Shown: positions 25,866-36,612 of the stretch, in pieces
Layout: the number at the start of each line of letters is the position of its first letter
How positions within the stretch are numbered: the stretch's first letter is position 1
Source of the DNA: Macrostomum lignano
Lineage: Eukaryota
Direction of reading: 5' to 3'
Length of the DNA stretch: 64,000 nt
Assembly (NCBI GenBank): GCA_002269645.1
Contig: NIVC01002826.1
Location: 1-64,000, forward strand
The notes under the pieces: generated by a model
Seen by the model: only the letters and a program-made list of their open reading frames with translations
What the model was told of the DNA's origin: nothing
Databases searched by the model: none
Program-made: the position numbers and the translations under genes

Positions 25866-27744
25866 ATGGTGATCACCGCCAGCTCCAGGGCGGCACTGAG
25901 AGTGCTGCTACTAGGCAGCGACCAATTCACCTCCATTCACTTGCTCCGGCTATTTGAAATGTTTCAAGTCGGTAGGCTAGCCAGACTCGAACTCATGACC
26001 GCCGGGCCCAGCCAGTGTCCCGCTAGGCGCCTGGCTACTCAGCTCAGCCTGCCCGTGCACGCCTGGCAACCAACTGGTTTTCAGTTCGATCAGTTCGACA
26101 TCGGCGTAGTGGCATCGTTTGGCCGGTTCATTCCGGCTAGCGTGCTACACCAGTGGCCTCTTGGCGCCATCAATGTGCATCCCAGCCTCCTGCCTAGGTG
26201 GCGCGGCTCAGCGCCGATCCTGTACACCATCCTGGCCGGGGATGCCTTCACTGGCGTGTCCATCACTGAGGTATCCGCCAGCGGATTCGACAAGGGTGGA
26301 GTTCTGCTCCAGCGAAGATTGGAACTGGCTGGAGACGAGACGGCGCCAATGCTGGTTGACAGGCTGGCCGGTCTGGGCTGCGACTGTCTGGAAGCGACGC
26401 TTGACGACCTGCCGGCTGCCCGGCGGGCCGCGGTGTCGCAGGCGGATCTGCCCTATGCGAGATCGCTGGCTAAAAGGTTGGTAAACCGAATGAAATTGAA
26501 TCACTTTAGAGTGAATCACTCTGAAACTGCTCATTGTGAATCACTCTGAAACTGCTTATTGTGAATCACTCTGAAACTGCTCATTGTGAATCATTCTGAA
26601 ACTGCTCATTGTGAATCACTCTGAAACTGCTCATTGTGAATCATTCTGAAACTGCTCATTGTGAATCACTCTGAAACTGCTCATTGTGAATCATTCTGAA
26701 ACTGCTCATTGTGAATCACTCTGAAACTGCTCATTGTGAATCATTCTGAAACTGCTCATTGTGAATCATTCTGAAACTGCTCATTGTGAATCACTCTGAA
26801 ACTGCTCATTGTGAATCACTCTGAAACTGCTCATTGTGAATCACTCTGAAACTGCTCATTGTGAATCACTCTGAAACTGCTCATTGTGAATCACTCTGAA
26901 ACTGCTCATTGTGAATCACTCTGAAACTGCTCATTGTGAATCACTCCCCAGCTCACTGAGAATCACTCCCCAGTTCATTGAGAATCACTCCCCAGCTCAC
27001 TGAGAGTCACTCCCCAGCTCATTAAGAATCACTCCCCAGCTCACTGAGAGTCACTCCCCAGCTCATTAAGTATCACTCCCCAGCTCATTAAGAATCACTC
27101 CCCAGCTCATTGAGAATCACTCCCCAGCTCATTGAGAATCAATCCCCAGCTCACTGAGAGTCACTCCCCAGCTTATTGAGAATCACTCCCCAGTTCACTG
27201 AGAGTCACTCCCCAGCTCATTGAGAATCACTCCCCAGCTCATTGAGAATCACTCCCCAGCTCACTGAGAATCACTCTCCTTGCCTATCAGGCCGGACCCC
27301 ACCTTCGCCCACCTGGACTGGTCCTGTATGAGCGCCGGCCAGGTGGACCGGACAGTCCGGGCAGTCGGACACGCCTGGCCGCTGCGCTGTCGCATCGAAT
27401 TCGGCGGAACTCGTCACGGACGTCGCGAAGCCCCCGTCACTCTAGCCGGCCACCGGCGTGTCAATCTCGGACAAGCGTCCGAACTGCCCGGACAGATTCG
27501 GGTAGACTTGGACAGCGGCCTGATGCTTATTGGCTGTTCGGACGGCGGCTGGGCGGGTTTCACCAGTCTGACCAGGGCGGGGAAGCCCAAGCTAACGGCC
27601 AGCGAGATGCGCAATGGCTATCTAGCTAGCCGAGGGTCCTGGGCTCGACTCATTGGCTTGCCAAACGGCTATTTCTCAGCGCCAGCTAGAAAGCCAGTGA
27701 CCTTAGCAAAGAATGATAATGCCGAGGTCTCCTATAGTTCTTGA
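25866..27744 (+). CDS. MTFMT: Mitochondrial methionyl-tRNA formyltransferase, about 354 aa, 2 exons (25866-26476, 27291-27744)
   Basis: Formyltransferase motifs are present: VLLLGSD, DIGVVASFG, INVHPSLLPRWRGSAPI, TGVSI, FDKGGVL. The phase-2 junction AG|gttggt...cctatcag|G gives YARSLAKRPDPTFAHLDW, leading into a C-terminal domain. The N-terminus and transit peptide are uncertain. Confidence 0.9.
26510..27277. repeat. Two abutting related minisatellites filling the MTFMT intron: 25-bp GTGAATCACTCTGAAACTGCTCATT (to about 26945), then 22-bp GAGAATCACTCCCCAGCTCATT
   Basis: Direct reading; both share GAATCACTC and GCTCATT. Confidence 0.95.
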
Positions 27745-28035
27745 ATATTTGTGCATTTCTAGATTCAATTTTATCTTGCGTAACGTATGTACGAGTATAT
27801 CATAAATGTTAAATTGTATTTCAGTTTTTTTATGTACGTGGTTTACTTATGGTTATTTAAAAGTGAAATAAATAGCTCGATTGTTGGCTTGCTTGAATTG
27901 CTGGGGACTTCAATTAATCCTTTATTTTCTTTTTTAATGGTGCTTTGATTTAAATAATTAAATTCGTATAAATATTTATTTAACTTGCTCTCCCTCTGTT
28001 CGAGCTTCACTTTTAGCTTGTGCGCGACTTCACCA

Positions 28036-28401
28036 TTTAGTCTGTGAGCAGCTTCCCTATTAGCCTGTGAGCAGCTTCCATATTAGCCTGTGAGCAGCTT
28101 CCCTATTAGCCTGTAGGCAGCTTCCCTATTAGCCTGTGATCAGCTTCCCTATTAGCCTGTGAGCAGCTTCCCTATTAGCCTGTGAGCAGCTTCCCTATTA
28201 GCCTGTGAGCAGCTTCACTATTAGCCTGTGAGCAGCTTCACTATTAGCCTGTGAGCAGCTTCCCTATTAGCCTGTGATCAGTTTCACTATTAGCCTGTGA
28301 GCAGCTTCCCTATTAGCCTGTGATCAGTTTCACTATTAGCCTGTGAGCAGCTTCCCTATTAGCCTGTGAGCAGCTTCCCTATTAGCCTGTGAGCAGCTTC
28401 C
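28036..28401. repeat. 23-bp minisatellite (TATTAGCCTGTGAGCAGCTTCCC), about 16 copies, just upstream of EMC7
   Basis: Direct reading. Confidence 0.95.
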
Positions 28402-28438
28402 AAAGTCGTAATCACAGCCCAAACATGCAGTTTCAGAA

Positions 28439-29125
28439 ATGACATCCAAGTGCATCTCTTTGAAAGCCCTGACAGCCCTGGCGGCATTCGCCTGCCTTCT
28501 GCCTGTCAGCCGCGGCCACACCATCGAAGGCGTCATCGAGCAGCCAATGGACGCCGATGCGGACTTCCTAGCTAAGACTCGAATCACCGTAGACTCTGGC
28601 AACTACCTGGGCTTCATTCGTGCTAATCGAACTTTTATAGTGCAGCACGTGCCCAGCGGATCCTTTGTAGTTGAAGCCATCCACCCAAACTACCTGTTCG
28701 AGCCGATGCGAGTCGATGTCGCCAGTAGCGGCAAGATCCGCGCCCGCAAGCTGAACTTCCTGCAGCCGGCGCTGGTTAAAAAGCTGACCTATCCGCTGCG
28801 CTTTGTCAGCCTAGGCCGGGCCGCGTACTTTCAGCAGCGGGAACAGCTGAGAACGCTTGACCTGCTCATGAACCCGTCTGTGCTGATCATGGTGGTGCCC
28901 ATGCTAATCCTGCTAGTTATGCCTAAGCTGATGAACACCCAGGATCCCGAGGTGCGCAAGGAGATGCAACAGCAAATGAACTTTTTTAGTAACAAGCAGA
29001 ACATGCCGGACGTTGCTGAGACTCTCAGCAATTGGTTTGGCGGCGGCGGCAGCAGCGGCAGCAGGCGATCCGGTAGCGCGTTGAAGGACGCGAAGCGACC
29101 TGGTGTGAAGAAGCGAGCCGCCTGA
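28439..29125 (+). CDS. EMC7: ER membrane protein complex subunit 7, 228 aa, single coding exon
   Basis: It has a signal peptide, GFIRANRTFIVQHVPSGSFVVEAIHPNYLFEPMRVDV, YFQQREQ, the TM segment NPSVLIMVVPMLILLVMPKLM and a basic C-terminus, all typical of EMC7. Confidence 0.92.
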   Translation: MTSKCISLKALTALAAFACLLPVSRGHTIEGVIEQPMDADADFLAKTRITVDSGNYLGFIRANRTFIVQHVPSGSFVVEAIHPNYLFEPMRVDVASSGKIRARKLNFLQPALVKKLTYPLRFVSLGRAAYFQQREQLRTLDLLMNPSVLIMVVPMLILLVMPKLMNTQDPEVRKEMQQQMNFFSNKQNMPDVAETLSNWFGGGGSSGSRRSGSALKDAKRPGVKKRAA

Positions 29126-29140
29126 GAACAGTCGATTAGT

Positions 29141-30584
29141 GTATTGCTTTTGTCAGTGAAGTTGATAAATAGCCAATCAAGTGGATAAATAGCTAATCAA
29201 GTGAATAAATAGCCAATCAAGTGGATAAATAGCTAATCAAGTGAATAAATAGCCAATCAAGTGGATAAATAGCCAATCAAGTGGATAAATAGCTAATCAA
29301 GTGAATAAATAGCTAATCAATTGGATAAATAGCCAATCAAGTGGATAAATAGCCAATCAAGTGAATAAATAGCCAATCAAGTGGATAAATAGCTAATCAA
29401 GTGAATAAATAGCTAATCAATTGGATAAATAGCCAATCAAGTGGATAAATAGCCAATCAAGTGAATAAATAGCTAATCAGTTGGATAAATAGCTAATCAA
29501 GTGAATAAATAGCTAATCAATTGGATAAATAGCCAATCAAGTGGATAAATAGCCAATCAAGTGAATAAATAGCCAATCAAGTGAATAAATAGCCAATCAA
29601 GTGGATAAATAGCCAATCAAGTGGATAAATAGCCAATCAATTGGATAAATAGCCAATCAAGTGGATAAATAGCCAATCAAGTGGATAAATAGCTAATCAA
29701 GTGAATAAATAGCTAATCAATTGGATAAATAGCCAATCAAGTGGATAAATAGCCAATCAAGTGGATAAATAGCTAATCAAGTGAATAAATAGCTAATCAA
29801 TTGGATAAATAGCCAATCAAGTGGATAAATAGCCAATCAAGTGGATAAATAGCCAATCAAGTGGATAAATAGCCAATCAAGTGAATAAATAGCTAATCAA
29901 TTGGATAAATAGCCAATCAAGTGGATAAATAGCCAATCAAGTGGATAAATAGCTAATCAAGTGAATAAATAGCTAATCAATTGGATAAATAGCCAATCAA
30001 GTGGATAAATAGCCAATCAAGTGAATAAATAGCCAATCAAGTGGATAAATAGCCAATCAAGTGGATAAATAGCCAATAAAGTGAATAAATAGCCAATAAA
30101 GTGAATAAATAGCCAATCAAGTGGATAAATAGCCAATAAAGTGAATAAATAGCCAATCAAGTGAATAAATAGCCAATAAAGTGAATAAATAGCCAATAAA
30201 GTGAATAAATAGCCAATCAAGTGGATAAATAGCCAATCAAGTGGATAAATAGCCAATAAAGTGAATAAATAGCTAATCAAGTGAATAAATAGCTAATCAA
30301 TTGGATAAATAGCCAATCAAGTGGATAAATAGCCAATCAAGTGGATAAATAGCCAATCAAGTGAATAAATAGCCAATCAAGTGGATAAATAGCCAATCAA
30401 GTGGATAAATAGCCAATCAAGTGGATAAATAGCTAATCAAGTGAATAAATAGCCAATCAAGTGGATAAATAGCCAACCCAGTGGATAAATAGCCAATCAA
30501 GTGAATAAATAGCCAATCAAGTGGATAAAAAGCCAATCTGCACTTGATCTGCTTAATTATCAACTTCACTGACAAAAGCAATAC
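29141..30584. mobile_element. TIR-bounded non-autonomous element (MITE-like) whose interior is about 68 copies of a 20-bp repeat (AATAGCCAATCAAGTGGATA and variants)
   Basis: A perfect 28-bp inverted repeat, GTATTGCTTTTGTCAGTGAAGTTGATAA, occurs at 29141-29168 and as its reverse complement at 30557-30584. No coding capacity. The TSD is not clearly resolved. Confidence 0.8.
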
Positions 30585-31180
30585 CACTGATACATAAACA
30601 GCTACAAGTTGAAGGGCGCTTCACCTCTGAAATAGTGTAATTTTCACTGGAAGCCGTGATAGGAAGTTACCATAGGAGTTACCAATAATAAAAAAGTTGT
30701 TCAACAAGTTTTTAAATGCTAGTTGAGACCGGCACACATGAAATTTTGCTTGAGAATTTCAAATTTGAGATACTGCCAACTCTGTTGCTAAATAAACTGA
30801 AAACCTCCTATCTCGCAAATGCATTTTCTGCAAAGAAGAATCAGTGAAATTTGTTGTGAATTTCTAGTGCAGCGCCCACCTACCTTAGCTGTCCATCCAT
30901 CTACTAATGATAATAAATATTAAATAAAATATGCTACCATACGTGTTGGATAATCCCTGCTTTAATTTTGCAGTTCTCTGTTGTAAAAATTTTTTTGCGT
31001 TTGAAAGTTTCAAAATTATTATTTAAAAGGGTTTGTCACCTATTAAAACTCCTGGAACTTAATTCTATGCTTCTATTATATTTTTATTCAGTTTTTATAC
31101 TCTTACTAGCACTACACTAATCTGTGCTATTTGTAAGAACTAACACGCACACTGCGCTAAGTCTTTACTCTTGACCGTTG

Positions 31181-33949
31181 AAAACGCCTCAAAGAATCGC
31201 TAAAGAGTCATTGCAAACAGCGACTCGCAGATAAAACGCCTCAAAGAATCGCTAAAGAGTCATTGCAAACAGCGACTCGCAGATAAAACGCCTCAAAGAA
31301 TCGCTAAAGAGTCATTGCAAACAGCGACTCGCAGATAAAACGCCTCAAAGAATCGCTAAAGAGTCATTGCAAACAGCGACTCGCAGATAAAACGCCTCAA
31401 AGAATCGCTAAAGAGTCATTGCAAACAGCGACTCGCAGATAAAACGCCTCAAAGAATCGCTAAAGAGTCATTGCAAACAGCGACTCGCAGATAAAACGCC
31501 TCAAAGAATCGCTAAAGAGTCATTGCAAACAGCGACTCGCAGATAAAACGCCTCAAAGAATCGCTAAAGAGTCATTGCAAACAGCGACTCGCAGATAAAA
31601 CGCCTCAAAGAATCGCTAAAGAGTCATTGCAAACAGCGACTCGCAGATAAAACGCCTCAAAGAATCGCTAAAGAGTCATTGCAAACAGCGACTCGCAGAT
31701 AAAACGCCTCAAAGAATCGCTAAAGAGTCATTGCAAACAGCGACTCGCAGATAAAACGCCTCAAAGAATCGCTAAAGAGTCATTGCAAACAGCGACTCGC
31801 AGATAAAACGCCTCAAAGAATCGCTAAAGAGTCATTGCAAACAGCGACTCGCAGATAAAACGCCTCAAAGAATCGCTAAAGAGTCATTGCAAACAGCGAC
31901 TCGCAGATAAAACGCCTCAAAGAATCGCTAAAGAGTCATTGCAAACAGCGACTCGCAGATAAAACGCCTCAAAGAATCGCTAAAGAGTCATTGCAAACAG
32001 CGACTCGCAGATAAAACGCCTCAAAGAATCGCTAAAGAGTCATTGCAAACAGCGACTCGCAGATAAAACGCCTCAAAGAATCGCTAAAGAGTCATTGCAA
32101 ACAGCGACTCGCAGATAAAACGCCTTAAAGAATCGCTAAAGAGTCATTGCAAACAGCGACTCGCAGATAAAACGCCTCAAAGAATCGCTAAAGAGTCATT
32201 GCAAACAGCGACTCGCAGATAAAACGCCTCAAAGAATCGCTAAAGAGTCATTGCAAACAGCGACTCGCAGATAAAACGCCTCAAAGAGTCGCTAAAGAGT
32301 CATTGCAAACAGCGACTCGCAGATAAAACGCCTTAAAGAATCGCTAAAGAGTCATTGCAAACAGCGACTCGCAGATAAAACGCCTCAAAGAATCGCTAAA
32401 GAGTCATTGCAAACAGCGACTCGCAGATAAAACGCCTCAAAGAATCGCTAAAGAGTCATTGCAAACAGCGACTCGCAGATAAAACGCCTCAAAGAATCGC
32501 TAAAGAGTCATTGCAAACAGCGACTCGCAGATAAAACGCCTCAAAGAATCGCTAAAGAGTCATTGCAAACAGCGACTCGCAGATAAAACGCCTCAAAGAA
32601 TCGCTAAAGAGTCATTGCAAACAGCGACTCGCAGATAAAACGCCTCAAAGAATCGCTAAAGAGTCATTGCAAACAGCGACTCGCAGATAAAACGCCTCAA
32701 AGAATCGCTAAAGAGTCATTGCAAACAGCGACTCGCAGATAAAACGCCTCAAAGAATCGCTAAAGAGTCATTGCAAACAGCGACTCGCAGATAAAACGCC
32801 TCAAAGAATCGCTAAAGAGTCATTGCAAACAGCGACTCGCAGATAAAACGCCTCAAAGAATCGCTAAAGAGTCATTGCAAACAGCGACTCGCAGATAAAA
32901 CGCCTCAAAGAATCGCTAAAGAGTCATTGCAAACAGCGACTCGCAGATAAAACGCCTCAAAGAATCGCTAAAGAGTCATTGCAAACAGCGACTCGCAGAT
33001 AAAACGCCTCAAAGAATCGCTAAAGAGTCATTGCAAACAGCGACTCGCAGATAAAACGCCTCAAAGAATCGCTAAAGAGTCATTGCAAACAGCGACTCGC
33101 AGATAAAACGCCTCAAAGAATCGCTAAAGAGTCATTGCAAACAGCGACTCGCAGATAAAACGCCTCAAAGAATCGCTAAAGAGTCATTGCAAACAGCGAC
33201 TCGCAGATAAAACGCCTCAAAGAATCGCTAAAGAGTCATTGCAAACAGCGACTCGCAGATAAAACGCCTCAAAGAATCGCTAAAGAGTCATTGCAAACAG
33301 CGACTCGCAGATAAAACGCCTCAAAGAATCGCTAAAGAGTCATTGCAAACAGCGACTCGCAGATAAAACGCCTCAAAGAATCGCTAAAGAGTCATTGCAA
33401 ACAGCGACTCGCAGATAAAACGCCTCAAAGAATCGCTAAAGAGTCATTGCAAACAGCGACTCGCAGATAAAACGCCTCAAAGAATCGCTAAAGAGTCATT
33501 GCAAACAGCGACTCGCAGATAAAACGCCTCAAAGAATCGCTAAAGAGTCATTGCAAACAGCGACTCGCAGATAAAACGCCTCAAAGAATCGCTAAAGAGT
33601 CATTGCAAACAGCGACTCGCAGATAAAACGCCTCAAAGAATCGCTAAAGAGTCATTGCAAACAGCGACTCGCAGATAAAACGCCTCAAAGAATCGCTAAA
33701 GAGTCATTGCAAACAGCGACTCGCAGATAAAACGCCTTAAAGAATCGCTAAAGAGTCATTGCAAACAGCGACTCGCAGATAAAACGCCTCAAAGAATCGC
33801 TAAAGAGTCATTGCAAACAGCGACTCGCAGATAAAACGCCTCAAAGAATCGCTAAAGAGTCATTGCAAACAGCGACTCGCAGATAAAACGCCTCAAAGAA
33901 TCGCTAAAGAGTCATTGCAAACAGCGACTCGCAGATAAAACGCCTCAAA
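31181..33949. repeat. Highly homogeneous 52-bp satellite (AAAACGCCTCAAAGAATCGCTAAAGAGTCATTGCAAACAGCGACTCGCAGAT), about 53 copies
   Basis: The period is 52 (31181 to 31441 is 5 units). Only isolated single-base variants are visible (near 32121, 32283, 32331, 33731). Confidence 0.99.
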
Positions 33950-34674
33950 TTGACTCTTAGGCGACTCTTTGACGACTTCTTGGCGGCTTAGTACCGTGGC
34001 ATCGTTTTAGAGTCGCCTATAGAGTCACTTTCATATTTTACTTGTGTTACCTACCGTGACTCTTAAGACGATTCTTGGCCTAAATACTGTTTTCAGCGGG
34101 ATGAGGATAATTAGGCACTGACAGGCATTCCCCCCCCTGTCACTTGCCAAGTTAAATTTCATTTTCTGATCGATTATTATTGTAGATTTTTGTTGCGTTA
34201 TGTGTATGCAAGATTTCTTTATCAGTAGTCATGTTGATAAAATTGGTCTATTTGGATTTGAATGTATAATAACTAAATTCATTTTTCTATGATACACTAA
34301 TTATTTTAGTTTTGCCTCTGGTTCCTTCTCTCCCCTCCCTGTGCTCCCCTGATTCTGATGCTTTTTTGTTTCCAATTTTCTGTTGCAGTTTGTGACGCAT
34401 CGATTGGTATAAGCCAACTATATTTTGGTTTTAGAGCACTGCTCACACTGGCTTTGGGTAAAGCTGTCAGTAAATATTCCTCCTGTCTATCCAAGTGTAT
34501 ACGACTTAAAAACTCTATGGTTAAATATATTAATTGCTTTTCAAGGTGGACAAGCCAAATTTGTCATGCCCAATAGGAGCTAACACGTTTGATTTTGTTG
34601 CTTAGGTATTATTTTCTTTTCAATTTTGAATGCAGTTGAGAAGACAGGGATGCTTAAGCCTCTGTCCCTCCTTG

Positions 34675-36530
34675 CCCTCGCCCCAACCCAAGGAATCGCC
34701 CCCTGCCCCAACCCAAGGAATAGCACCCCTTCCTTAACCCAAGGCATCGCCTCCGCCTGCCCCAACCCAAGGAATAGCACCCCTTCCTTAACCCAAGGCA
34801 TCGCCTCCGCCAGCCCCAACCCAAGGAATAGCACCCCTTCCTTAACCCAAGGCATCGCCTCCGCCTGCCCCAACCCAAGGAATAGCACCCCTTCCTTAAC
34901 CCAAGGCATCGCCTCCGCCTGCCCCAACCCAAGGAATAGCACCCCTTCCTTAACCCAAGGCATCGCCTCCGCCTGCCCCAACCCAAGGAATCGCCCCCCC
35001 TGCCTCAACCCAAGGAATCGCCCCCCCCCTGCCTCAACCCAAGGAATCGCCCCCTGCCCCAACCCAAGGAATAGCACCCCTTCCTTAACCCAAGGCATCG
35101 CCTCCGCCTGCCCCAACCCAAGGAATAGCACCCCTTCCTTAACCCAAGGCATCGCCTCCGCCTGCCCCAACCCAAGGAATAGCACCCCTTCCTTAACCCA
35201 AGGCATCGCCTCCGCCTGCCCCAACCCAAGGAATAGCACCCCTTCCTTAACCCAAGGCATCGCCTCCGCCTGCCCCAACCCAAGGAATCGCCCCCCCCTG
35301 CCTCAACCCAAGGAATCGCCCCCCCCTGCCTCAACCCAAGGAATCACCCCCCCCTGCCTCAACCCAAGGAATCGTCCCCTGCCCCAACCCAAGGAATCGC
35401 CCCCTGCCCCAACCCAAGGAATCGCCCCCTTCCCCAACCCAAGGAATCGCCCCCTGCCCCAACCCAAGGAATCGCCCCCTGCCCCAACCCAAGGAATCGC
35501 CCCCTTCCCCAACCCAAGGAATCGCCCCCTGCCCCAACCCAAGGAATCGCCCCCTTCCCCAACCCAAGGAATCGCCCCCTGCCCCAACCCAAGGAATCGC
35601 CTCCGCCTCCCCCAACCCAAAGAATCACCCCCTGCTCAACCCAAGGAATCGCCCCCTGCCCCAACCCAAGGAATCGCCCTCTGCCCCAACCCAAGGAATC
35701 GCCCCCTGCCCCAATTCAAGGAATCGCCCCCTTCCCCAACCCAAGGAATCGCCCCCTGCCCCAACCCAAGGCATCGCCTCCGCCTGCCCCAACCCAAGGA
35801 ATCGCCCCCTGCCCCAAACCAAGGCATCGCCTCCGCCTGCCCCAACCTAAGGAATCGCCCCCCTTCCCTAACCCAAGGCATCGCCTCCGCCTGCCCCAAC
35901 CCAAGGAATCGCCCCCTGCCCCAAACCAAGGCATCGCCTCCGCCTGCCCCAACCTAAGGAATCGCCCCCCTTCCCTAACCCAAGGAATCGCCTCCGCCTG
36001 CCCCAACCCAAGGAATCGCCCCCCCCCCCCTGCCCCAACCCAAGGAATCGCCCCCCTGCCTCAACCCAAGTAATCGTCCCCTGCCCCAACCCAAGGAATC
36101 GCCCCCTGCCCCAACCCAAGGAATCGCCCCCTTCCCTAACCCAAGGAATCGCCCCTGCCCCAACCCAAGGCATCGCCTCCGCCTGCCCCAACCCAAAGAA
36201 TCGCCCCCTGCCCCAACCCAAGGAATCGCCCCCTGCCCCAACCCAAGGAATCGCCCCCTGCCCCAACCCAAGGAATCGCCCTCTTCCCCAACCCAAGGAA
36301 TCGCCCTCTTCCCCAACCCAAGGAATCGCCCTCTTCCCCAACCCAAGGAATCGCCCCCTGCCCCAACCCAAGGAATCGCCCCCTGCCCCAACCCAAGGAA
36401 TCGCCCCCTGCCCCAACCCAAGGAATCGCCCCCTTCCCCAACCCAAGGAATCGCCCTCTTCCCCAACCCAAGGAATCGCCCCCCTCCCCCAACCCAAGGA
36501 ATTCCCCCTGCACCAACCCAAGGAATCGCC
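34675..36530. repeat. C-rich minisatellite (AACCCAAGGAATCGCCCCCTGCCCC, about 25 bp) with a 51-bp higher-order variant in the 5' part
   Basis: Direct reading; the 17-aa periodic ORF (TQGIASACPNPRNSTPSL) reflects the 51-bp dimer. Confidence 0.95.
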
Positions 36531-36612
36531 GGCAAGCCTTTATAAGTTTATTTACAAATTGGCGGGCTTGAGAAACAGGTGACCTAATTTTCCTACTTTG
36601 AAACCTGTTATC

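Noticed and set aside
23324-25957. Long repeat ORFs (SDHRV, VTHPM, RVLRLGHS, TQPEDTGV and others)
   Set aside because: They are open in several frames and on both strands because the 15- and 24-bp units are multiples of 3 and lack stops; there is no gene context.
31181-33949. CRISPR array
   Set aside because: The units are contiguous identical 52-mers with no unique spacers, there are no cas genes, and the context is eukaryotic.
34580-36535. Pro-rich or Gly-Trp-rich ORFs in the C-rich array
   Set aside because: They are repeat-derived, with frequent frame switching and no coherent splice model.
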